Source of the DNA: a virus
Lineage: Duplodnaviria; Caudoviricetes
Reading direction: 5' to 3' (one strand)
DNA: 26,153 nt
Virus record (IMG/VR): IMGVR_UViG_3300032318_000970
Span: 1-26,153 of that record
Shown here piece by piece: positions 16,967-24,944 of this stretch. Each line of letters starts with the position of its first letter. The stretch's first letter is position 1. The notes under the pieces were generated by a model. That model was given only the letters and a program-made list of their open reading frames with translations. It searched no databases and was not told the origin of the DNA. Made by a program: the position numbers and the translations under genes.

Positions 16967-16977
16967 CTCCAAATGGC

Positions 16978-17006
16978 TTTACAATAATTCAAGATCGGGG
17001 TATAAT
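16978..17006 (+). promoter_or_regulatory. Sigma70-type early promoter
   Basis: TTTACA, 17 bp spacer, TATAAT. The first part (CTTTACAATAATTCAAGAT) is nearly identical to the 9928 promoter (CTTTACATTAATTCAAGAT). Confidence 0.85.
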
Positions 17007-17034
17007 TGAATTGTAAACTTGATGAAGGAACTAT

Positions 17035-17262
17035 ATGAATAAGAACGTAATCTATAACATGCAACTGCGAACCAAAAATGAATCCCGTGCTTTAGCAGAA
17101 AAAGAACTCAAGACATTTCTGCGTAAAGGTGGTGTCATCAAAGTAGATAAACCCCAAAGAAATCCCAAGTCTTTCATGAGTGCTAAGTCTTCCCGTGGAT
17201 ATCTTGGAGGAACTTCAGGATTTGCTACTGGGTTTCCTCGCAAAGTTGTTGGTATCAAATAA
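17035..17262 (+). CDS. Small basic protein, SutA RNAP-binding-domain-like
   Basis: K-x3-R-x8-FL-xx-GG-x6-P motif (KNESRALAEKELKTFLRKGGVIKVDKP). AAGGA SD. Confidence 0.6.
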   Translation: MNKNVIYNMQLRTKNESRALAEKELKTFLRKGGVIKVDKPQRNPKSFMSAKSSRGYLGGTSGFATGFPRKVVGIK

Positions 17263-17271
17263 GGAGATTGT

Positions 17272-17637
17272 ATGAAGACATGGGAACAGATGAGTCCACT
17301 TGAGCAGTCGCAGTGCATCTATTGGGATATGTACAAAGATGCTTATGGTGTTCGCCCACGTGGTATCGATACTTCTAGTTGGACTGTTGAAAATTTTGCC
17401 GAAGAGTTTCGTATGCTCAGCGATATTATTCGTGTGCACGAATATGATCAGCTGAAAGCTGAGGAATCTGCAGCGCACGACTTCGAAGTGCGTGTCCAGA
17501 ATCTCATTCAGTGTGGTGCGAGAAGTCGTGATCAAGCATTGAAGTGGATCCACGAAGCAGAAGGCAGCAATGGTGACGATGATTTCCTTTGTCATCTGGT
17601 AGGTCTGCCGTATGGATATTTCAGGAAGGCAGCATGA
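17272..17637 (+). CDS. Conserved phage hypothetical protein
   Basis: YWDMYKDAYGVRPRG motif. AAGGAG SD. Confidence 0.8.
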   Translation: MKTWEQMSPLEQSQCIYWDMYKDAYGVRPRGIDTSSWTVENFAEEFRMLSDIIRVHEYDQLKAEESAAHDFEVRVQNLIQCGARSRDQALKWIHEAEGSNGDDDFLCHLVGLPYGYFRKAA

Positions 17638-17840
17638 TTCTTGCTAAAGAAATAACTAATTGGGCTGAGTCATATCAGCCCAATCATACATATCTAATGT
17701 CAGATAGTATGTCAAAAGTTTATGGATACTTCAAATGGAATGATCCTAAACAATTTCAGATGTTTAAAAACCCTATTCGGATTGACAAAAAATATAGGCA
17801 GTTCCAAGTGTTGAAGAAAAACATTAAGGATATGGAATGA
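17634..17840 (+). CDS. Hypothetical protein (68 aa, MILAKEITNW...)
   Basis: ATGA overlaps at both ends, consistent with translational coupling. Confidence 0.7.
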   Translation: MILAKEITNWAESYQPNHTYLMSDSMSKVYGYFKWNDPKQFQMFKNPIRIDKKYRQFQVLKKNIKDME

Positions 17841-19150
17841 ACTTGCACAATTTTTTTGATAGTCTTGCTGCTAATCCTTCTCGCAATTTTAAGATCGAAC
17901 AGCTGGAGCAGCATAGTAAGAATCAAACTCTACGCAGAGTTGTTGAGTTGGCTCTCGATCCATTCACAAACTTTTATATTCGTAAGATTCCAAAGTACAC
18001 ACCCAACTCTGGTTCAGGTATCAAATTAGAATTTGCTTTGGATTCTTTGTACGATCTATCTGCTAGATTGGTAACTGGCAATGCAGGGATTGCTCATCTG
18101 ACGTCAATGCTAGAAGCACTAAACGAAGATGACGCTAAAGTTATTGAACGTATTATTGAAAAGGATCTAAAATGTGGAGTGTCAATCGCGACCGCAAATA
18201 CGGTATGGCTTGGTTTGATCAAAGAGTATCCAGTGATGCTGTGCAGTGGCTTCGAACAGAAACTGATAGACAAGGTTCAGTTCCCAGCATACGTCCAGTT
18301 GAAAATGGATGGTATGAGGTTCAACGCAATCGTTCGCCACAACGAAAACGGATCTTCCGTTGAGTATCGGTCACGCAATGGCAAAGAAATTCAGTTGCTT
18401 GGTAATCTAGATGATGAATTCATTTCGTTGTCTAATGGTGTTGACTGCGTGTTCGACGGAGAGTTGATTCTAAAGAAAGACGGAAAGATTCTAGATCGCC
18501 AAACTGGTAATGGTATTCTGAACAAAGCAAACAAGGGAACAATAAAACCAGAAGAAGCAGCCATGGTTCATGCGACTGTCTGGGATGTCATTCCTTATTT
18601 GTATTTTGTCGATGCTCACTGCCCCACTAATTATGAAACTAGATTAAATTCTTTGCAGATACTTTGGACAAAATTTTCCAATCATTATACGAAAATAGAT
18701 CTTGTAGACAATTATGTAGTTGATGACATTGAACAGGTTAACACTATCTTTCAAAAGTTACTTTCTTCTGGTCAAGAAGGAATTATCCTCAAAGACAAAC
18801 GTGGTGTCTGGGAAGACAAACGTGTAAAACATCAGATTAAATTCAAAGGAGAACTAGAGTGTGATCTGAAGATTGTTGCAGTCGAAGAAGGAACAGGTAA
18901 GGCTGCGGGAATGCTAGGTGCAATCGTATGCGAATCATCAGATGGTATTGTTAAAGTTAGTGTTGGTTCTGGATTTACAGATGAGCATCGCAAACAATTT
19001 TGGAAAGAAACATTAGTTGACAAAATAGTAGCAATCAAGTATAATAGTCGTATTAAGAATAAACTTGGAGAAGAATCTCTGTTTCTTCCAGTGTTTGTAG
19101 AAATTCGTGATGATAAAGATGTCGCTGACAACTCAAAGGTGATCAAATGA
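17837..19150 (+). CDS. gp30: ATP-dependent DNA ligase (gp30-like)
   Basis: Motif I QLKMDGMR, SRNGK, FDGEL, WDVI, EGIILK, KFK, OB-fold VGSGFTD, LFLPVF..IRDDK. Confidence 0.95.
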   Translation: MNLHNFFDSLAANPSRNFKIEQLEQHSKNQTLRRVVELALDPFTNFYIRKIPKYTPNSGSGIKLEFALDSLYDLSARLVTGNAGIAHLTSMLEALNEDDAKVIERIIEKDLKCGVSIATANTVWLGLIKEYPVMLCSGFEQKLIDKVQFPAYVQLKMDGMRFNAIVRHNENGSSVEYRSRNGKEIQLLGNLDDEFISLSNGVDCVFDGELILKKDGKILDRQTGNGILNKANKGTIKPEEAAMVHATVWDVIPYLYFVDAHCPTNYETRLNSLQILWTKFSNHYTKIDLVDNYVVDDIEQVNTIFQKLLSSGQEGIILKDKRGVWEDKRVKHQIKFKGELECDLKIVAVEEGTGKAAGMLGAIVCESSDGIVKVSVGSGFTDEHRKQFWKETLVDKIVAIKYNSRIKNKLGEESLFLPVFVEIRDDKDVADNSKVIK

Positions 19151-19716
19151 GATCCAACTATAAAGTTACCGAGTGGATTAAACTTACACAAATTATATCT
19201 GCTGAAAGTTATCGTAAAATAAGCAAAAACTGCAAAAACTTCTGGGAGGAGTTTTCTGGTGGAAAATATCCAGGCGTATATCAAGTATCTTTAAAAAAAC
19301 CAAAACAACTGGTGCATAAGGATATATGTTATATCGGTGAGTCTTATTTTATGCCAAAACGAATAAGTGATTTAAGGAGTTCTGCAGGAAAAGATAATAA
19401 AGTTACACACCATATGTGCGGCGTTTTTATTAGAGAAGAGGGAATTGATATTGAGTCTGTTTATGTTCGCTGCATAATAATTGAAGAAGAGAAGGAACGA
19501 CAAGAATTCGAACGATACTTACATAAAGAACACAAAAGTAAGTTTGGTTACAAACTTGGCTACTCTTGGGAAGAGGCATCTGGTGGGCATAAGTCTTGTA
19601 GAATACAGACTCAGGCAAATATCAAACGTCTTGATTCTCTTGATGCATGTAAAAAAGTGCAGATTGCTTTGAATAAAAGAATGGAAGAATTAAAAAAACT
19701 ATCATTACGGAGTTGA
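19147..19716 (+). CDS. GIY-YIG family nuclease (free-standing)
   Basis: PGVYQV...CYIGES, downstream Arg (PKRIS) and Glu (QEFERYL). Confidence 0.6.
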   Translation: MRSNYKVTEWIKLTQIISAESYRKISKNCKNFWEEFSGGKYPGVYQVSLKKPKQLVHKDICYIGESYFMPKRISDLRSSAGKDNKVTHHMCGVFIREEGIDIESVYVRCIIIEEEKERQEFERYLHKEHKSKFGYKLGYSWEEASGGHKSCRIQTQANIKRLDSLDACKKVQIALNKRMEELKKLSLRS

Positions 19717-19718
19717 AT

Positions 19719-19886
19719 ATGTTAGAGCATTATTACTATGAAGAGATTCGTTTAAGTAGAGAGTTTGCTAATGAGTTTGATAAATTTTGGAGAGAGAACT
19801 CCAAGTTGATCCCTTCTAATCTGATCAAACAATACATGTTACTTAAGCAGCATTACGAGCGGGAAATAGAACAAGGAAATCCTTAG
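19719..19886 (+). CDS. Small hypothetical protein (55 aa, MLEHYYYEEIRLSREF...), not in the ORF track
   Basis: GGAG SD. Its stop overlaps the GTG start of the exonuclease. Confidence 0.6.
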   Translation: MLEHYYYEEIRLSREFANEFDKFWRENSKLIPSNLIKQYMLLKQHYEREIEQGNP

Positions 19887-20455
19887 TGTTTATATTTGAT
19901 ATAGAATCTCTTGGTGTAGAATCTAATGCTGTCGTTCTATCGGCAGCAATAATTCACTTCGATCCAGAGAAACGACCAACATATCAAGACTTGCTGGACA
20001 ATGCGTGCTTTGTTAAGTTCGATGTCAAAGAACAGATGAGTGTTGGTCGCACTGCATCTAAATCTACTTTGGAATGGTGGAAGTCACAACACGAATATGT
20101 TCGTAAAGTTTCGCTAGATCCATCACGTGAAGACATGACTGTGGAAAATGGAATGCAAAAGTTCTATGAATACATGGCTAAGTTTCCAAATGCAAAACAA
20201 CAAACAATGTGGGCACGTGGTTCGCTTGATCAACTTGTGATCGATTCATTGTGTGCGCAAGTTGGCTTGCAAGAAATTACAGGATATCATATGTGGAGAG
20301 ATGTAAGAACTGCAGTTGATCTCCTCTATGGAACTACAAACGGATATGTAGAAGTAGATCATCCGTTATTCAAAAGACACGAAGTCATCAAACATCATCC
20401 CGTCCATGATTGCGCACTTGACGCAATGCAACTTATGTATGGAAAGCAGGTCTAA
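19886..20455 (+). CDS. dexA: DEDDh 3'-5' exonuclease (DexA-like)
   Basis: FIFDIESLG, STLEWWKSQ, WARGSLD, RDVRT, HHPVHDCALD. Confidence 0.85.
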   Translation: MFIFDIESLGVESNAVVLSAAIIHFDPEKRPTYQDLLDNACFVKFDVKEQMSVGRTASKSTLEWWKSQHEYVRKVSLDPSREDMTVENGMQKFYEYMAKFPNAKQQTMWARGSLDQLVIDSLCAQVGLQEITGYHMWRDVRTAVDLLYGTTNGYVEVDHPLFKRHEVIKHHPVHDCALDAMQLMYGKQV

Positions 20456-22947
20456 TGCAATTTTATACTAACGTATATCCTTATGGGAACAGAATGCTGG
20501 TTCGTGGTTATGAACATGGCAAAGCATTTTCATATAAACTTGAGTACTCACCAACTCTTTATGTTTCATCTAAGAAATCAGATAGCGAATGGAAAACTCT
20601 AGATGGTAAAGTTGTTGATTCAGTTAAACCTGGAACAATAAAAGAAACGAGAGAGTTCGTGACACGTTATGAAGACGTAGAAGGTTTTGGGTTATATGGA
20701 AATACCAACTATGTCTTTCAATATATCAGCGATACATATGACTATGATATCAATTGGGATGTTGATCAGATCAGGACATTCTATCTTGACATTGAGACTT
20801 CCACTGAGGAAGGATTCCCTGATGTAAAAACTACCAATGAGGAAATCCTTCTCATCACGATTAAAGATTCTAAAACAAAGAAGGTTATAACTTTTGGGAC
20901 TAAAGAGTATAGTAAGACACGAGATGATGTGGCATATGTTTACTGTTCTAATGAGCGTCAACTTCTATCTAAGTTTATGGACTTTTGGCAGGCTAACTAT
21001 CCAGATGTTATCACTGGGTGGAACATTTCCTTCTTTGATGTTCCATATTTGGCTGGAAGAATCGAGAGAGAACTTGGGGACAGTATAGCATCCAAACTAT
21101 CCCCATGGGGTTTGATACAACATCGTAGCATTTATGTTAAAGGCAATGAAGAAATTTCTTATGATCTGCATGGTATTGCTCAGCTTGATTATCTGGATCT
21201 CTACAAAAAATTTACTTACGCCAAACAAGAATCTTACAGGTTGGATTATATTGCAGAACAAGAACTAGGTGAGCGTAAGAAAGAAAATCCTGGCGTCGAC
21301 TTCAGAGATTTCTATAACAATTACTGGGAACAATTCGTTGAGTATAACATACATGACGTAGAACTTGTTGAGATGTTAGATGATAAGATGCGTTTACTTG
21401 AGTTGTTGTATACTATGGCGTATAATGCTAAGATTAACTTCGAAGATGTGTTCTCCCAAGTTCGTATGTGGGATGCTATCATCTACAATCATCTACGTAA
21501 CAAAAAGATTGTTATCCCTCTAAAGAAAAGTGGCGGATCAAAAAGTGCTCAGTTTGAAGGCGCATTTGTTAAAGATCCGATAGTTGGTAGACATAGATGG
21601 GTTGCTTCATTTGACTTGAACAGTCTGTATCCTCACTTGATTATGCAGTACAACATTAGCCCAGAAACATTGACTGATGAAAAGATATCTTGCACAGTTG
21701 ATAAACTTCTTAACAAAGAAGTTGATACCTCATATCTACAGCGTAGAGATCTAGCGTTGACTGCTAATGGTTGGTGCTATGCTAGGGAAACTACGGGATT
21801 CATGCCTGAGATGATGGAGAAGATGTATACTGACCGAAGCAAGTTTAAGAAGCAGATGCTAAAGATTCAGCAGGAATATGAAAACGACAAGAGCAATAAA
21901 CAACTTGTTAAAGAGATAAGTCGCCTCAACAATCTGCAGATGGCGATGAAGATTGCTCTGAACTCTGCTTATGGTGCGATGGGTAATGAATACTTCCGTT
22001 ACTTTGACATTCGTATGGCTGAAGGTATTACGACTTCTGGTCAATTGTCTATTCGTTGGATTGCTAATAAGTTGAACGCATTCATGAATAAAACAATGAA
22101 GACAGAAGACAGTGACTATATCATTGCGATTGATACCGACTCAATTTATTTGTCTCTAGAAACTTTGATCGAGAAACTCTGCGAGGGAAAAACTACAGAG
22201 CAAAAGATCAAGTATATGGACAAGGTTTGCGAGGAAATTTTCCAGCCATTCATTGACAATAGTTATCAGGAGTTGGCTGATTACATGAATGCTCACTCTC
22301 AGAAAATGCAAATGAAGCGAGAGGTTCTTGCTGACCAGGCAATCTGGACTGCCAAGAAAAGATACATATTGAATGTGCATAACTCTGAGGGTGTTCAGTA
22401 CGCAAAACCAAAGTTGAAAGTTATGGGACTGGAGATGGTCAAGTCTTCAACACCAGCAGCTATACGAGATATGCTCAGGGATTCTATTCAAGTTATTTTG
22501 AAAGGTAGTGAGGAAACTCTGCATTCATACATAGAAGAAAAGAGAGCAAATTTTTTAAAGATGGCTGTTGAAGATATTGCATTTCCTCGAGGTGTGAACG
22601 GAATTAAGGTTTATGCTGGTTCTCCAATTTATACCAAGGGAACACCAATTCATGTTCGTGGTGCTTTGCTATACAATCATTATGTGAAACGAAAAGGATT
22701 AGAGAAAAAGTATCAGGCTATCCGTGATGGTGACAAGATTAAGTTTGTCTATATGAAGATGCCTAATCCAATACAGGAGGATGTTATTGCATTTGTTCAA
22801 CATCTCCCCCAGGAGTTGGGTCTGCATGAATACATAGATTATGATAAACAGTTTCAGAAAGTTTTCCTTGATGCATTGCAGATTATTATTGGATCACTAG
22901 GTTGGAAAACTGAGAAAGAAAGTTCTTTGGAGGATTTCTTTGCGTAA
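20455..22947 (+). CDS. gp43: Family B DNA polymerase gp43, uninterrupted
   Basis: Exo I DIET, GWNISFFD, YNIHDV; Pol motifs SFDLNSLYP, KIALNSAYG, IDTDS, KKRY. Confidence 0.98.
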   Translation: MQFYTNVYPYGNRMLVRGYEHGKAFSYKLEYSPTLYVSSKKSDSEWKTLDGKVVDSVKPGTIKETREFVTRYEDVEGFGLYGNTNYVFQYISDTYDYDINWDVDQIRTFYLDIETSTEEGFPDVKTTNEEILLITIKDSKTKKVITFGTKEYSKTRDDVAYVYCSNERQLLSKFMDFWQANYPDVITGWNISFFDVPYLAGRIERELGDSIASKLSPWGLIQHRSIYVKGNEEISYDLHGIAQLDYLDLYKKFTYAKQESYRLDYIAEQELGERKKENPGVDFRDFYNNYWEQFVEYNIHDVELVEMLDDKMRLLELLYTMAYNAKINFEDVFSQVRMWDAIIYNHLRNKKIVIPLKKSGGSKSAQFEGAFVKDPIVGRHRWVASFDLNSLYPHLIMQYNISPETLTDEKISCTVDKLLNKEVDTSYLQRRDLALTANGWCYARETTGFMPEMMEKMYTDRSKFKKQMLKIQQEYENDKSNKQLVKEISRLNNLQMAMKIALNSAYGAMGNEYFRYFDIRMAEGITTSGQLSIRWIANKLNAFMNKTMKTEDSDYIIAIDTDSIYLSLETLIEKLCEGKTTEQKIKYMDKVCEEIFQPFIDNSYQELADYMNAHSQKMQMKREVLADQAIWTAKKRYILNVHNSEGVQYAKPKLKVMGLEMVKSSTPAAIRDMLRDSIQVILKGSEETLHSYIEEKRANFLKMAVEDIAFPRGVNGIKVYAGSPIYTKGTPIHVRGALLYNHYVKRKGLEKKYQAIRDGDKIKFVYMKMPNPIQEDVIAFVQHLPQELGLHEYIDYDKQFQKVFLDALQIIIGSLGWKTEKESSLEDFFA

Positions 22948-23494
22948 CATAAGGATTATAAAAACAGGGATAGATGTCTCAGGAATCTTAAAAGATTTAA
23001 GGGATAACAAAAAAGATTGGGGTGCCGTCAGAAAAACAGATGGTGCCCATACAATCATTGATGATTTTGGATATGATGAATTAGATGTTGGAATTTTTCA
23101 ATTGATAGTAGGTGGCGTAGAAAAAGATGGAGACTTTGTTGGTAACAGTGAGATCTGCATTCCAACACCTGCTCTCTACAAACAGAAAAGCATTATTGAT
23201 TTTTTGAAACAGAATTTTAATGGCAGAGTTAGTAGATGTGGATTCTTGTCTTTAGAGGTTGGCGGTGAAGTTGGATTGCATATAGACGAGGGTACATATT
23301 ATCTAACCAAAGACAGGTACCACCTTTCAATACAAGGAACATACGATTATACAGTTGGCGGTGAAACTGTTAGAGTCGAACCTGGAACTTTATTGTGGTT
23401 TAATAATAAATTATTGCATGGGGCTAAGAATGTTGGCAATGGTGTAAGAATAACATTTGTTTTTGATGTTCCACAGTCCCCAAATAATCTTTGA
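22940..23494 (+). CDS. Aspartyl/asparaginyl beta-hydroxylase-like 2OG-Fe(II) oxygenase
   Basis: LHIDEG (HxD), RYHLSI, GTLLWFNNKLLHGAKN..RITFVFD. TTG start with GGAGG SD. Confidence 0.8.
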   Translation: MRNIRIIKTGIDVSGILKDLRDNKKDWGAVRKTDGAHTIIDDFGYDELDVGIFQLIVGGVEKDGDFVGNSEICIPTPALYKQKSIIDFLKQNFNGRVSRCGFLSLEVGGEVGLHIDEGTYYLTKDRYHLSIQGTYDYTVGGETVRVEPGTLLWFNNKLLHGAKNVGNGVRITFVFDVPQSPNNL

Positions 23495-23519
23495 CATAAA
23501 TTATCATTTAATGTATAAT
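23491..23519 (+). promoter_or_regulatory. Consensus sigma70 promoter for uvsX
   Basis: TTGACA, 17 bp spacer, TATAAT (perfect consensus). Confidence 0.85.
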
Positions 23520-23542
23520 TATAGAATTAAGAGGATAAAACT

Positions 23543-24622
23543 ATGAGCATATTGGAAAAACTTAAGAAAAACTCAACAATTAAAGACACTGCAATTTTGT
23601 CACAATCAAAGTTCTTTACAAAGAAGGACATGATTCCAACGACAATCCCAGTTCTTAATGTTGCATTGTCTGGAAGATTGGATGGTGGACTGACCCCTGG
23701 ACTGACAATGTGGGCTGGTCCAAGCAAGCACTTCAAAACTGCATTTAGTTTGTTGATGGCTAAGGCATATCTTGACAAATACCAGGATGGTGTTGTGTTG
23801 TTTTACGACTCAGAGTTTGGTACACCGCAATCTTATTTCGATTCTTTTGGTATCGACAATGAGCGTGTGATCCATACACCAATCACTGATATTGAACAGT
23901 TGAAGTTTGACATTATGAAACAGCTGGACAGTGTTGAGCGTGATGAGCATGTAATTATCCTTATTGATTCTATCGGCAATCTTGCTTCAAAGAAAGAAGT
24001 TGAGGATGCCTTGGATGGCAAGGCAGTTGCTGATATGTCTAGAGCCAAGCAGTTAAAATCTTTGTTCCGTATGGTCACACCACATCTAACACTAAAAGAT
24101 ATCCCAATGGTAGTTGTGAATCATACGTATAAAGAAATTGGTATGTTCCCTAAGGATATTGTTGGTGGCGGTACTGGTTCTTATTACTCAGCTGATAACA
24201 TCTTCATTCTTGGTCGTCAGCAAGAAAAAGAGGGAACTGAGCTGGTAGGTTACAATTTTATAATCAACGTAGAGAAATCGAGATATGTTAGAGAGAAATC
24301 AAAAATTCCTGTTACTGTTTCTTTTGATGGTGGCATTAGCCGTTGGTCTGGTTTACTTGATATTGCACTCGAATCTGGGCATGTTATTAAGCCATCCAAT
24401 GGTTGGTATTCGCGTGTAGATGATGACGGTATTGAAGAGAAGAAGTATCGTCTCAAAGAAACTGACAACAAAGATTTCTGGTTGCCAATACTAAAGCAGA
24501 AGTCATTTATCACCTTTGTCAAGAACAAGTATCAAGTTGCCTCTGGAGAGATTCTCAAGGATGAGGATATTGCAGAAGAACTCGACAAGATTGACGAGGA
24601 AGAATATGGCGAAAACGTATAA
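23543..24622 (+). CDS. uvsX: UvsX RecA-like recombinase
   Basis: AGPSKHFKT, YDSEFG, IDSIGNLASKKE, DMSRAK, VVGGG-like IVGGGTG, VEKSRYVREK. Confidence 0.97.
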   Translation: MSILEKLKKNSTIKDTAILSQSKFFTKKDMIPTTIPVLNVALSGRLDGGLTPGLTMWAGPSKHFKTAFSLLMAKAYLDKYQDGVVLFYDSEFGTPQSYFDSFGIDNERVIHTPITDIEQLKFDIMKQLDSVERDEHVIILIDSIGNLASKKEVEDALDGKAVADMSRAKQLKSLFRMVTPHLTLKDIPMVVVNHTYKEIGMFPKDIVGGGTGSYYSADNIFILGRQQEKEGTELVGYNFIINVEKSRYVREKSKIPVTVSFDGGISRWSGLLDIALESGHVIKPSNGWYSRVDDDGIEEKKYRLKETDNKDFWLPILKQKSFITFVKNKYQVASGEILKDEDIAEELDKIDEEEYGENV

Positions 24623-24944
24623 ACCATATGTTGTAATGCATCACAAAGAAGCAGGTATTGATGCGATAAAGTTGACAGAAGGTCCATTTGAAGGTATAAT
24701 GTACACATATGGTGTTGTTAATTTTGAAGAAGATAATGAGAATGATACGTTGAAGATGAATTTTGAGTATGAGATTCTCGATTATGGCGGTAAAGGTTTA
24801 GGTAACAAAGAACCATTTGAGCAGTACATTGGAGATATCCTTCAGGATTTAATTCATGAAGGAATTGCGGAAAATAGTATAACTTACACAGGTGGAGTTG
24901 ATGAGAATAGAGACAGCGATTCTGTCGAATCTGATAAACAATGA
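24606..24944 (+). CDS. Acidic hypothetical protein at the T4 gp40 position
   Basis: Lies between uvsX and gp41. Start at MAKTYK (ATG 24606). gp40 homology is suggested by position only. Confidence 0.65.
   Translation: MAKTYKPYVVMHHKEAGIDAIKLTEGPFEGIMYTYGVVNFEEDNENDTLKMNFEYEILDYGGKGLGNKEPFEQYIGDILQDLIHEGIAENSITYTGGVDENRDSDSVESDKQ

Noticed and set aside
20455-22947. Intron, intein or split in the DNA polymerase (also considered for uvsW, gp46, gp41)
   Set aside because: ORFs are continuous, of normal length, with motifs at expected spacing.
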